64,000 nucleotides of DNA, from contig NC_069007.1 in assembly GCF_001194135.2 (NCBI RefSeq), positions 12,209,786-12,273,785 on the forward strand. Direction: 5' to 3'. The notes beneath the pieces are model-generated. The model ran no database searches, had not been told where the DNA came from, and saw only the letters and a list, made by a program, of their open reading frames with translations. The translations under genes were made by a program, and so were the position numbers. This DNA comes from Octopus bimaculoides. Lineage: Eukaryota. The first letter of the stretch is position 1; each line of letters opens with the position of its first letter. Of this stretch, positions 36,545 through 49,470 are shown one piece after another.

Positions 36545-36938
36545 CGTTGTTGTTGTTGGCACTCCGTCGCTTACGACGTCGAGGGTTCCAGTTGATCCGA
36601 TCAACGGAACAGCCTGCTCGTAAAATTAACGTGCAAGTGGCTGAGCACTCCACAGACACGTGTACCCTTAATGTAGTTCTCGGGGATATTCAGCGTGACA
36701 CAGTGTAACAAGGCTTACCCTTTGAATTACAGGTACAACAGAAACAGGAAGTAAGACTAAGAGAAAGTTGTGGTGGAAGAATACAGCAGGATTCACCACC
36801 ATCCCCTGCCGGAGCCTTGTGGAGCTTTTTTAGGTGTTTTCACTCAATAAACACTCACAATGCCCGGTCTGGGTATCGAAACCGCAATCCTATGACCGCG
36901 AGTCCGCTGCCCTAACCACTGGGTCATTGCGTTTCCAC
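36545..36938 (-). mobile_element. SINE family E: tRNA(Arg)-like head, (CAA)n tail, CpG-rich
   Basis: Minus-strand head GTGGAAACGCAATGACCCAGTGGTTAGGGCAGCGGACTCGCGGTCATAGGATTGCGGTTTCGATACCC has A and B boxes. It ends GAGTGCCAACAACAACAAC. Confidence 0.75.
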
Positions 36939-37424
36939 ATCTACCGTCACACTCCACGCAACATAACCCCCTTGCGCCACTCTTATACATAACCCCCTTG
37001 AGCCACTTTTATCTATTTTACCATCACTTGCTGTAGTCAACTTTACCCCATCCCCATCTCTAGCCATTTTTTCCCGATACTCTTATGAAGTTTCCTACTC
37101 TATACCCTCCACCCCTGCAATCTTCTCTATCTTGAGATGCTCCAGCTTTCCACCCAACACTTTTATCTTCTTTCCAATTTTCCACTGTTTTCCCACCCTG
37201 ATATGATGCAAGATGGCCTTGTACCTCTATTTCAATACATCCGGACTTTCCCTTCTTTCGTACTTTAGCCTTTCAATACTTGATATAGAACCACTGTCCA
37301 TGAAATACTAATCCCCACCACGACCACCTCACTCCATTTAGACAAGGAATCTTTTCTCTTTATATTTTCTTTTCTCCCCCATTTTCCTTTCTTCCTGTTT
37401 CTTTCTTTTCTTGCCTTGCAATTT

Positions 37425-37625
37425 ACCTGGCAACCCCACTAGTGCTGGTGCCATATAAAAAGCACCCAGTACACATTGTAAAGTGGTTGGTGGTAGGAAG
37501 GGAACCTAGCCATAAAAACCAAGCCACAAAAAGCATTGAAGCTCGACGCAACCCTACAGCTCACTGGATCCTGCCAAATTATCCAAACCATGCCAGTACA
37601 GAAGAATATTGTTAAGTGATGATGT
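37425..37625 (+). mobile_element. RTE LINE 3' UTR fragment
   Basis: GCTGGTGCCATATAAAAAGCACCCAGTACACATTGTAAAGTGGTTGG...AAACCATGCCAG...GTTAAGTGATGATG. Confidence 0.7.
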
Positions 37626-37729
37626 TTTGGATATCTCCTTCAGAACATTACTGCTTAATGATTGATTAAAGACACTTCTAGTCACAACTCCAGCATGGCC
37701 ATAGTTCAATGACTTAAATAAATAAAAGA

Positions 37730-37760
<31 letters not shown>

Positions 37761-38422
37761 TGGAAGTAGCTATTGCAAGATAGATCTGCATCGCAGAGAG
37801 AACCAATAATATATACATACATGCATTTGTAATGTATACATATAAATACATCCGCTCATTCATATATATATACCTACATGCATAAATATACACACACCAC
37901 ACACACACACACACACACATANNNNNNNNNNNNNNNNNNNNNNNNNNNNNNNNNNNNNNNNNNNNNNNNNNNNNNNNNNNNNNNNNNNNNNNNNNNNNNN
38001 NNNNNNNNNNNNNNNNNNNNNNNNNNNNNNNNNNNNNNNNNNNNNNNNNNNNNNNNNNNNNNNNNNNNNNNNNNNNNNNNNNNNNNNNNNNNNNNNNNNN
38101 NNNNNNNNNNNNNNNNNNNNNNNNNNNNNNNNNNNNNNNNNNNNNNNNNNNNNNNNNNNNNNNNNNNNNNNNNNNNNNNNNNNNNNNNNNNNNNNNNNNN
38201 NNNNNNNNNNNNNNNNNNNNNNNNNNNNNNNNNNNNNNNNNNNNNNNNNNNNNNNNNNNNNNNNNNNNNNNNNNNNNNNNNNNNNNNNNNNNNNNNNNNN
38301 NNNNNNNNNNNNNNNNNNNNNNNNNNNNNNNNNNNNNNNNNNNNNNNNNNNNNNNNNNNNNNNNNNNNNNNNNNNNNNNNNNNNNNNNNNNNNNATAATT
38401 ATGCTTATAATTATAAACCTAG

Positions 38423-38473
<51 letters not shown>

Positions 38474-38475
38474 TA

Positions 38476-39351
38476 GGTTTGATCAATAAGTATCCGGACT
38501 GTTGCCATAATAACAACAAATCTAAAACAAGCACAGAGAGGGAAGCTGCTTGACCTCTACTGTGCTTGTACACTAAGTTTTAATGTTCTAGGTCACCTCC
38601 ACTGTTTACAGTTGTGCTTTGAAGTAATGTGTGTAACGTGTGATCGTTGTATTGACCATGACAGAGAAAGTTGTCAAGGCGATACCTGCTCAGAGGCCTA
38701 CACAAAGTTGCAGAAGGTGTATAGAGAGGAGTGTATGAGCTGCACGCAATGTATGAGTGGGTTCAAACGTTTCCAACATCACCGAAAAAATGTTGATATT
38801 AATGAACGTTCTGGGAGAGCTGCAACCAGCAGAACTGAGAAAAACATTGCAGCTATGAAGGGAAATCATTGAGTCACCATCCGGGACTTATCAGAGGATG
38901 TGCAGATTAGTTACAGTTCAGTTCAGTTCATCATCGCTGAAGATTTGGGTCTGAGACACGGGTCTGCCAAGTTTGTGCCTGAACTGCTTTCAGCTGACCA
39001 AAAAGACATTCAGGGTTTCAGTTGTACAAATTTTCCTTGATTGTGTTGAGAGCGATGGAAACTTTTTGGGAACTTTGCATAAACCTCTGAGCAGGTATCA
39101 CCAAGCTTTTGGCAGAAATTTGACGCAGATTCTCTTATCAACTTTCTCTGTTATAGTCAATGCAACGAACACACCCTACACATGTTACTTCCAAGCACTG
39201 CTGTAAAAAGCAGAAATGAACTAGAATGTTAAAATTTGGTGCACATGCACAGCAGAGTTGAAGGTCAACTCTGTGCTAAACGGTTTCACTCTGCATGCCT
39301 TAGCTTCATTTCATTACTATGGCAACAGTCTGGATACTTATTAATCAAACC
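38476..39351 (+). mobile_element. Internally deleted mariner with both TIRs (876 bp)
   Basis: TIR GGTTTGAT(C/T)AATAAGTATCC(G/A)GACTGTTGCCATA(A/G)TAA occurs at both ends inside (TA)n. The internal frame reads EAYTKLQKVYREECMS...FKRFQ...NERSGRAATSRTEKNI, then VTIRDLSEDVQISYSSVQFIIAEDLGLRHGSAKFVPELLSADQK. No DDD catalytic region is recognisable. Confidence 0.88.
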
Positions 39352-39599
39352 ATATATATAATATATAAATATATATATATATCAGGGACGTGCCACCTGG
39401 GTAGGCAAGGTAGGCAGTGCCGACCCTGAATGTAATCGATAGTAACATGAAATAGATCGACAGTACACACACACATACATATACATACACATATACATGC
39501 ACACACAGAAATATATATATATACATATGCATTCATACATAAACATATACACACAAATATTGTCATTCACACAGACAGACACACACATACATACACACT

Positions 39600-39639
<40 letters not shown>

Positions 39640-40377
39640 NNNNNNNNNNNNNNNNNNNNNNNNNNNNNNNNNNNNNNNNNNNNNNNNNNNNNNNNNNNNN
39701 NNNNNNNNNNNATATATATGTATGTGTTGTGTTGCTGAAAATAGATGAGAGTGTATGGAGCAACGTCTGTGAATTAATTCCTTTATCTTTCTACTGTCTT
39801 TAATGATTGCTTGCGAACAACACTTGAAAGAATATTTCAATGAACCAACGACAATCATACCAATAAACTCGCAGACAGAAAGAAAAACATTTTTTTTTCT
39901 CATTTTATTATTATTGTTGTTGTTGTTGTTGTTCAAGAAATGTAACAGAAACATTTCGCCTGACAAATACACAAAACTGTGCAGACGTCAGCATATCTCA
40001 TGTTTTATGTAGATTTTATTATAATTTGGTGCTGGATTTTTTTTTGTGTGAATATCTTTGGTGATTTTTGACACATATACATACAGACTAATAGGTGTGT
40101 GTGTGTGTCTTGATGACATATAATTGTTGTAAATGAGGGTCATACATTTCCAATATTCTGTGTAAAATATGTCTGGTCATAGGGAAATATGACCTTGCTT
40201 GGAAACAGGTGAGAGTTGGTGACAGGAAGAACATCCAGCTGTAGAAAATCTGTCTCACTAAACTCTGTCTGTCTCATCCCATGCATGGCAGAGCGCACAT
40301 TAGAACAATGATGGTGGTATTATGATGATAATGATGATGTGTGTGTCTGTATGAATGTTTATACATATATTTAGGTG

Positions 40378-40810
40378 TAGGTGGGGCTGTGTGGTAAGAA
40401 GCTTGTTTCCCAACCATGAGGTTCCGGGTTCAGTCCCACTGCATGGCACCTTAGGTAAGTGTCTTTCTATTATAGCCTCGGTCCAACCAAATCTTTGTGA
40501 GTGGATTTGGTAGACTGAGTGGATTTGGAAACTGAAAGAAGCCTGTCAAGTGTGTGTGTGCGTGTGTGTATATATATATATAATATATATACACACATAT
40601 GTGTATGTATGTGTGTGTCTGTGTTTGTCCCCTCACCATCACCTGACAACCGATGTTGGTGTGTTTACGTCCCCATAACTTAGCAGTCCAGCAAAAGAAA
40701 CCAACAGAATAAGTACTAGGATTGCAAAGAATAAGTCCTGGGGTTGATTTGTTTGAGTAAAGGTGGTGCTCCAGCATGGCCACAGTCAAATAAAAGAGTA
40801 AAAGAATAAA
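40378..40810 (+). mobile_element. SINE family B, full length, with an internal duplication of GAGTGGATTTGG
   Basis: GGCTGTGTGGTAAGAAGCTTG...GGGTTCAGTCCCACTGCATGGCACCTTAGGTAAG...CCAGCATGGCCACAGTCAAA. Confidence 0.88.
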
Positions 40811-40877
40811 GAATAATAAAATCTATCCAAACTATGCAAGAACGGAAAAATAGACATTAAAACGATGACGATGTTTA

Positions 40878-41197
40878 TATGAAGAGACCCCATTCAGTCA
40901 TGAATGACCATGGGATTGCCCCAAGGAAGTTACCCTCCGAGGCACAAGTCCGGGCAAGGTTGTTTGTGGAAGACCAGCAGTCACCTATGCATACCGGCCT
41001 CCAAGGGAAAAGCAAAAGGGGCCGATACAGCTTGGCACCAGTGATGCCTCAACTCATTTCTACAGCTGAGCACACTGGAGCAATGTGAAATAAAGTGTCT
41101 TGCTCAAAAACACAACACGCAGCCCGTTCCGGGAATCGAACTCACAACCTCACGATCGTAAGCTTGACACTCTAACCACTGATCCATGCACCTTCAC
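40878..41197 (-). mobile_element. SINE family C, full length
   Basis: Minus-strand head GTGAAGGTGCATGGATCAGTGGTTAGAGTGTC...GAGTTCGATTCCC has A and B boxes and is followed by GTTGTGTTTTTGAGCAAGACACTT and CTCAGCTGTAGAAATGAG. Confidence 0.88.
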
Positions 41198-42067
41198 GGT
41201 GTTTATATACACATATATATATATATTCACTACTTTCACAGATTCCCATGTCTCTCTCTCGCCATCCAATTCCATTATTGCGAATTTGAATTGGGAGCTT
41301 GAATCACAGGGAATCTTTCATTAGCTGATTACACAAACATGGACACCATCTGTCTGGTTGCTTTGTAGTTTCACTCTTGAAAGAGCTTGGTGATTCTGAT
41401 CATTGATCTTCTAGGATTCCTCCACTCAGCATCAATATAAGAAGAAGCATTAGTCCTGTTGAGCTCTTCTACTACCTCTTTACAATCAGCCATGCTACTG
41501 TCCCATGATTTTGCTGTGTCCTTGGCAGAGTGGCTGAGTGGGTGCTATGCCTTGCCAAAGAGCTGTTCGTAACTTTGCAGGGCATGTTCATCACTTGAAT
41601 ACTCCCATACCCAAATACATACACACGCACTCACATATATATATATGAGAGAAAGTAAATGAAATTTTCTTTGCATATGTGTGTGTCTATTTATGTGTGT
41701 TTCTGATGAATTTCAGCACCTGACACACCTTCCGACCAGAGAAATCCGATCACTACTTTTTGTTTTCCTTTAGTGCTCATTGCTAGTGGAGCAGCCATGC
41801 TCATACTATAAAGCCAGAAAGAAAAATGGCATGATCAGGCTCAAACTTCAGTCACATGACCACAATGCTACCAACTATAAGCACACATGCATAGAAGGTA
41901 GTGTGACAATAATAAAGATATGTTATGGTGAAAGTGCAGATAACTTTTGACTTGCCCTCGTATAACCAGAAAAGATAGAAATAGCCTTGGGTGTTCCCTT
42001 ATAATCATCATTTGCAGCAATCTACATGGTCAGAATGAAAAACAAAGCGATAACAAGAAATAAACAA

Positions 42068-42160
42068 ACGATATACCAGGCAATAACGATATGATATACG
42101 ATAAAGGTGTGATATATCAGGCAATAAAGATGTGATACTTCAGGCAATAAAAATACGATA
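42068..42160. repeat. Degenerate ~22-bp minisatellite
   Basis: GATAT(AC/AT)CAGGCAATAA-type unit three times, interspersed with GATATGATATAC. Confidence 0.65.
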
Positions 42161-42604
42161 TATATATATTTAACAGTATACGAATATATGATATACAACA
42201 AAGCAATGGATTATACACTAGGAATGAACGCATGGAAATTGGATATATCCAATCAAAATTTCATTACCCCTAACTGCGGAAAGCAGTTTTATACACCAAA
42301 CTGTTTTTTGTAGGGGAATATGCCATGTTCGAGACTATTTTTTGGTGAAATATGTCAAGTTTCTTGAGGCAATGGGACTTGTAGAAAAAAAGAAAAATGA
42401 TTTTTTGGTAGGTATTTAATGTTGTTACTGGAATAACCGTGGAATTTAATTTTAGAGTTAAAGGGTTAAGAGTGTTCCAGAAAACAGCTCTGTGTCAGTC
42501 TTCAACATCCAGGAAAATACAAATAAAACTTTTCACCGTTCAGTGATTCCATTTGTAGATATTAACATTCAGACAGAGCATAGAAGATGAACTACATCTA
42601 TCTA

Positions 42605-42657
<53 letters not shown>

Positions 42658-42869
42658 TTTTTTTATATATATATATACACATATATATATATATATACAT
42701 ACTTCCATTATGTTCTATATATATAAATCAAGGGTTGAAGAGAAAGAACACAACAAGAAGAAAAATTAGATGAAAACAGTAAATGAAAAACAAAAACAGC
42801 AAATACAGAACAATCAGAAAACACTGTATACTGAAAATTAGATGAAGCCATATATATATATATATATCA

Positions 42870-43150
42870 ATATCATCATCATCATTGTTTAACATCCACT
42901 TTCTGTACTGGCATGGGCAGGACAGTTTGACAGGAACCAGTCAGGCAGAAGCCTGAACCAGACTTTTGTGACTGCTTTGGCAGGGTTTTTACAGCTGGGT
43001 GTCCTTCCTAACATCAACCACTCAGCAGAGTGGACCTAGTGCTTTTTACGTGGCATAAGCACAGGCAAGGTCAGTTTTGACAAGGTTTTTACAGCTGGAT
43101 GCCAACCGCCTTACAGTGTGGACTGAATGCTTTTCAAGTGGCACTTGCAC
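42870..43150 (-). mobile_element. RTE LINE 3' UTR with an internal tandem duplication
   Basis: CATCATCATTGTTTAACATCCACTTT is the tail. TTTTTACAGCTGG...CAACC...AGTGGAC...TGCTTTT...GTGGCA occurs twice. Confidence 0.75.
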
Positions 43151-43965
43151 TGATAGGGTCACCAAGTAACTTGCAAGACAAAAAATATCTTTCGAGAGGG
43201 GAGGGGGCATTGGAGGAGGAGATCTTGTGCCAGATGATGAAAGGTTATAGTGAAACAGAGACAGAAACAGCTGTCTTGCTGTAGAGGCGGGGTACATGGT
43301 TACCTGGCTGGAGAGAGAGAGATCAGGAATGAAGACAAAAACAGGTGTGCTGCTGCAAAGGAAATGCAGGGTTACCCAACGTGAGGGAGAAAGAGAGAGA
43401 GAGAGAGTGGAAAACATCAAGATAGAGATGGTGGCCAAGTGCCAGANNNNNNNNNNNNNNNNNNNNNNNNNNNNNNNNNNNNNNNNNNNNNNNNNNNNNN
43501 NNNNNNNNNNNNNNNNNNNNNNNNNNNNNNNNNNNNNNNNNNNNNNNNNNNNNNNNNNNNNNNNNNNNNNNNNNNNNNNNNNNNNNNNNNNNNNNNNNNN
43601 NNNNNNNNNNNNNNNNNNNNNNNNNNNNNNNNNNNNNNNNNNNNNNNNNNNNNNNNNNNNNNNNNNNNNNNNNNNNNNNNNNNNNNNNNNNNNNNNNNNN
43701 NNNNNNNNNNNNNNNNNNNNNNNNNNNNNNNNNNNNNNNNNNNNNNNNNNNNNNNNNNNNNNNNNNNNNNNNNNNNNNNNNNNNNNNNNNNNNNAGGGTA
43801 TCTAAGAGATACCGTCACGCTGAAAAATAGCAGTCAAATTTTAACTCTATACCACATATCTCTTAGATACCCTAAATTATAATTTTAAATAATTGTTACC
43901 TTTGATGGTTTTTATTCCCATGCTGGCCACTTGATAAGATCAGTATTTTTATATATTGATCTTAT

Positions 43966-44002
<37 letters not shown>

Positions 44003-45249
44003 TCAATTTAGATGATAGACACAAATATATGCATATATTTATATTTGTTAAGTTGACAAACATAAATATATATATATACATGTACATTTATTTAGATGAC
44101 AGACATAAATATATACATATATTTACATGGAGTCAGTGAGTATCCACAAATACGCAATGTCAAACTACTGGATTTCCTTAGAAGAGCATTTAAATTTAGG
44201 TTTCCCTTTCCAAATGGAGCTGTGGAGAACCAGAATACTGAGGCTAAAACAAATATTAAGGATTTTCAAACAAAACAGACCAGCTCATAGAACAACACAA
44301 GCACAAACATAATGCTTGAATATAATGCAGCTAATACACCAGACACTACACCTGTTAAAATACACTGACTAATCATAAGTGTTTTATATGAATTTATCAG
44401 ATCCTTACTAACTATAAAGTGCATGGATACATTATCAATACCATCATTAAATACAGCATTAAATGCATTATAAGCCGTAAATTCACAGTAGAAATATATT
44501 GCAAAAAATACAAAGTTATATAAAACCTTCCTAAAACAATAACGAACCACAAGCATAGGAGCTAATGAGCAAACTATTAATGACTGGTGGGACTTATAAA
44601 TTTGATTATAAATGTGATAGCTGTAAATTTTATGACTCCAACAGTTATATTGGTCATATAAGAATAACACTGTCTTGTCAACGTACCATGCATTTACAAC
44701 GGTGAGTGATTGCACTGCATCGTACTACACAACATAAAATTAGGAAAACATTAGTAGACAACATATTGATATTTTACTAAAGTAGAGGATTAATAATGGG
44801 AACAGTATTCATAAAACCAGCACAATGTTCAAATAAATATGCAGACAATATAGATAAATCACACCTTGGATGACGATACATAAACATAACACAGTTAAAA
44901 CATTCAAACTTTGGTGGTAACATCTACATAAACAACATCAGCTCTAGCGTACTTTAAGGTGACAACAAAAGATCTAAACAATATCACTTCATCCTGAAGG
45001 TAAGACAAAGCAAACTTTAGAAACATTGAGGATAAGTCTTGAAATTTTACTGCAAGAAATTTATAGGAAAATATTGATTTAAAGAAGATAAAACTAGAAC
45101 ATGGCTGTATTTGCAATATGAAATGTTTAAAGAAAAGCTGTTTCCCTTATGTGTGTTTGTGTCCCTCTCTCTATATATATATATGTCTATGTCTCTGTCT
45201 ATCCATATATATATATATACACACATTTAACTCAATAACTCGACTGTGT

Positions 45250-45578
45250 CAGTAACGAATGACCATGGGTGCACCTAAGAGGTTCCCCTCCAGGATACAA
45301 GTCTGGGCGGAAAGTCGCCTCACTGCCAAATGCACAACCTAGGGTTGTTTTTATGGGAGACCAGCAGTTGTCCATGCATACCAGCCTCCCCTCTCCACAC
45401 CACTGATGTTATCCAAGGGAAAGGCAAAAGGGGCCGATACAGCTTGGCACCAGTGACATCACAATGTGAAATAAAGTGTCTTACTCAAGAACACAACGCA
45501 CAGCCTGGTCCGAGAATCGAACTCACAACCTCACAGTCATAAGCTCAACACTCTAACGATTGAGCCATGCACCTTCGC
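45250..45578 (-). mobile_element. SINE family C
   Basis: Homologous to 40878-41197, with a small insertion at about 45310-45340. Confidence 0.85.
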
Positions 45579-45581
45579 ACA

Positions 45582-45623
<42 letters not shown>

Positions 45624-45682
45624 NNNNNNNNNNNNNNNNNNNNNNNNNNNNNNNNNNNNNNNNNNNNNNNNNNNNNNNNNNN

Positions 45683-45719
<37 letters not shown>

Positions 45720-45721
<2 letters not shown>

Positions 45722-46092
45722 GCAGGTGTAGCTGTGTGATACGAAATTTGCTCCCCAACCACATGCTTCTGGCATCTTCAGCAAGTGTTTTCTACTATAG
45801 TCGTAGGTCGACCAAAGCCTTGTGAGTGGATTTGACAGACAGAAACTGAAAGAAGCCCATTGTGTATACATTTGCGTGTGTGTGTGTTTGTTCCCCTACC
45901 ACCATTTGACAATCACTGTTCATGTGTATATATACCCATAACTTAACAGTTCAGCAAATTGGACTGATACGCTAAGTACCAAACTTTAAAACAAAAGGAC
46001 ATCCTGGGGTTGATTCATTCGACTAAAAATTCTTCAAGGTGATGCTCCTGCATGGCCACAGTCTAATGACTGAAACAAGTAAAAAAGATAAA
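45720..46092 (+). mobile_element. SINE family B, head partly deleted
   Basis: GCAAGTGTTTTCTACTATAG...GCCTTGTGAGTGGATTTG...GAAACTGAAAGAAGCCC...GCATGGCCACAGTCTAATGACTGAAACAAGTAAAA. Confidence 0.82.
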
Positions 46093-46775
46093 GAGACTTA
46101 CACCACTGTTACTTAAATATTGGCGTCAGCTTGACCAATCAGGTGGTATAATCTTCTCTCATATAAAATATTCCTTTATCCAAGATGGTATTATGACCCC
46201 AGCATTTCATTGGCTGTCAGAAATCATGTGAATAACTCAGTGGGGTGGGGGTCGATTCTTAACTTTGAAAAGACATTCTTTTTAAAGAGAGTCGACTTTT
46301 GGGCTTGTTGAAACTCTGGTAAAAAAAAAAAGTTTTGATACCTTTAATAGCAAAAATAAGTCAAAGAGAATAGAATACTCAGAGTTTTTTTCCAGTTGAT
46401 TCCAATAAACAATACCTGTTCTCATGCTATTATTCTATATATTAGTGACAGCATTAATACTGAGGGGGAATATTTATCCTCATTTAAGTATGGGTGCTGT
46501 GTTAGAACAAACTATACTGAGGCAGATGCCATGAGAGAAACCCTTATGTTGGCCTTTTGGTGCAAAATGGACTCTTGTTTATATCATTAGTGGGGTGATA
46601 AATCCCTACTACTTCCAGTGCCAAGACCACTAGATCATGTGGTTTCAGCCTTGTTTAGTCTTGTCAATGATGGACGCTTGACCGCTAGACACAGCAGCAA
46701 TTCATCTCCTACCAGCTATATATGGACTGCCAGTGCCAGAACAAGTGCTCAGCTTGCTGTTATTTACTTCCATCA

Positions 46776-47219
46776 AAGGCAACGAGCTGGCAGAATCCTT
46801 AGCACATTTGGACAAAATGCTAAGTAGCATTTCGTCTGTCTTTACGTTCTGAGTTCAAATTCTGCCAGGATCAACTTGGCCCGCTAGCCTTTCGGGGTTG
46901 ATAAATTAAGCACTAGTTGATTACTGGAGTTGATGTAATTGACTTAACCCCTGCCCACAAAAATTTCAAGCCTTGTGCTTGTAGTAGATAGGATTATTTA
47001 ATTCTATCAAGCTGACAGAATCGTTAGTATTCCAGGCAAATTGCTTAGCAGTATTTCGTCAACCATTATGTTCTGAATTCAAATTCCGCCAAGGTTGACT
47101 TTGCCATTTATCCTTTCAGGGTCAATAAAATAAGTACCAGTTACCCACTGGGGTCAATGTAATCAACTAGCTCCCTCTCCCAAAATTTCAAGTCTTGTGC
47201 CTATAACAGAAAGGATTAC
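46776..47219 (+). mobile_element. Tandem pair of SINE family A (tail variant 2): 46776-46998 and 47008-47219
   Basis: Each has GCTG(G/A)CAGAATC, GTTCTGA(G/A)TTCAAATT, the core and an AAAATTTCAAG...TTGTGC...GGATTA tail. Confidence 0.85.
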
Positions 47220-47883
47220 TTTATCCCATAAATGTCTTCTGACGTGCCTCAGTTCTCATAATACTTTTGCTTCATATGGTAACACCACTATAGCCCACAA
47301 CAATATAGTAAATAATATCATGCAGTGGTATACAACAGAAGAATGAGGACACAGGGATCTGTGGATTTGAATATTTCAAGGATCCAAGAGTTGAACCTAC
47401 AGAGATTATTGCTGGCAATTACAGTGAAGTCATTGATATTATCCAATGCTACGAGAAGTTCTCATGAGGGAAAACACTATGGTCATCAAAGCATGTCATC
47501 TGTTCCAAATTAATCAGCTCAAATACTCCCATCGTTTACCAGTTTAATATTTCATTTGTCCCTGTTATATCCTGCAAGTCATGTCCCTTTCTTCTGAAGC
47601 TTAATGTCTGTGAAAATGTTTAGGTTGCTGCATGTTTGTTAAGTGGCAGATGCAAACTGTGAATAGAGGTTGACACAATGCAGAACGTTGGGAAACACAG
47701 TTGAGGAATATTGCTGGGCCTCAGTGGATTCCATTGACCACAACATAATAGATTCTGATGTTTACCAGCAAACACTTAATCCAGTTTATAGCAGAGTTTT
47801 TCTATGGATATATATATGTGTGCGTGTATGAGTATGCATATATATATATATATCTATATGTGTATATATGTGTGTGTGAGTGT

Positions 47884-47928
<45 letters not shown>

Positions 47929-48770
47929 GTATAGAGTGCTGGGTGTGTTGTACAGAAATTGAATATTGAGAAAAAATATATATATATAATTAATCAAAGG
48001 ACATACTAAGTATGTCTACCTGCTGGAAATAACAGTCAAAACTCTTATTTAAATCACCAAAATACACNNNNNNNNNNATATAATTAATCAAAGGACATAC
48101 TAAGTATGTCTACCTGCTGGAAATAACAGTCAAAACTCTTATTTAAATCACCAAAATACACTGATAATAACTACAGAAATCAATCGTCCAAAGGCAAATG
48201 GGTTAAGACAATTTCCCAGCATACATTCAAGTATTTGGACTCACATGGACCGGTTTCTGGACTGGCATAATAGCTTCACCTTCCTCAGCACATATTATCA
48301 TGATAGAAAGCCCCAACACATCTTGCTGAAGTTTGCATTTCAATTGGTTCATTTTGTGCCGAAATCTTGGCAGCCACCAGTGTGAAAATAATTTCAATGT
48401 GGAGCAACTAATTCACGAGAAAAATGATTCACGGAAAAATAATTTGCAAAGATATCATTTACTCTATCATTGTTACACTAGATAATGATACAGTCAATGA
48501 TATCTTCACAAATTATNNNNNNNNNNNNNNNNNNNNNNNNNNNNNNNNNNNNNNNNNNNNNNNNNNNNNNNNNNNNNNNNNNNNNNNNNNNNNNNNNNNN
48601 NNNNNNNNNNNNNNNNNNNNNNNNNNNNNNNNNTTCGTTTATATTTATATAAGGGGCATTATTACAGAAAAATAATAACGCCACACAGTGAACTTCTCAA
48701 AATAACCACATTTAGTACCTAATGCGAGGAAAAACAACCAACAGAAGACGACCAATTGAATTTATTTATC

Positions 48771-48801
<31 letters not shown>

Positions 48802-49184
48802 CTATTATGTTAAACTGTCATATGTCCAAATTTGGCCAAATGAGTTTTCTTCAATAGTTAATTTTGTTTGCAATAGCCCATTCTTTTGGTTAAACTATCA
48901 TATCTTCAGCTGCTTCAGATGCCAAGATATGAAAATTGTCAAAATTTAGTACGTTTTAGAATTTTTCAAAAATGTAGTAAGCCACACATACAACATTTTT
49001 GCAAAAATATTTGACTGAAAATATCGTACAAGCATGGAGTTAGGATTATATGCACTGAATAAAGTATTATTGTTACACTGAAACTGTTGCTAATGTAAAA
49101 AGAAATGGAAAGGTGAAACTATTTTTTCATTTTCTGAAAAGCAACGTTTTGGACTTACGACACTTTTGCTTATAAGCAATGATG

Positions 49185-49470
49185 TATATCCGGCTCCATG
49201 TCTGTTTTGGCATGGTTTCTATGGCTGGATGCTCTTCCTAATGCCAACCACTTTACAGAGTGTGCTGGGTGGTTTTACACGGCACTGGCACAGGTGCTTT
49301 TTATGTGGCACCAGCAGCTATGAGCCCATGAGAATAGAGATGCTCAACTGGAGAAGGTTGAAGGGATGAGCCTGTATGCAAGGGCAGCCACGCTTTTACT
49401 TAGCTTGGTGTGTCTTTTCAAGCACAGGAAATCACCAGGAGTTTCAGATCCCTGTCATCCCCTCTGTGAG
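49185..49470 (-). mobile_element. RTE LINE 3' end fragment
   Basis: GGCTGGATGCTCTTCCTAATGCCAACCACTTTACAGAGTG...TGTCTTTTCAAGCACAGGAAATCACCAGG matches the ORF end and UTR at 2505 and 10065. Confidence 0.72.

Noticed and set aside
41100-41197. tRNA-like sequences here and at 36870-36938 and 45490-45578
   Set aside because: They have A and B boxes but no complete acceptor stem, and continue into repeated SINE bodies. They are SINE heads, not tRNA genes.
44266-44715. 149-aa hydrophobic minus-strand ORF resembling a membrane protein
   Set aside because: The strand is T-rich, which both suppresses stops and yields F/V/L/Y/C residues. No motif is recognised.
47320-47790. Protein-like short frames (KNEDTGICGFEYFKDPRVEP...; IIDSDVYQQTL)
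   Set aside because: The frames are about 50 codons with alternative frames equally open. There is only a faint mariner-like resemblance.
47984-48161. Exact 84-bp direct repeat (47984-48067 and 48078-48161)
   Set aside because: The copies are identical and separated only by a 10-N gap. This is an unmerged contig overlap, an assembly artefact.
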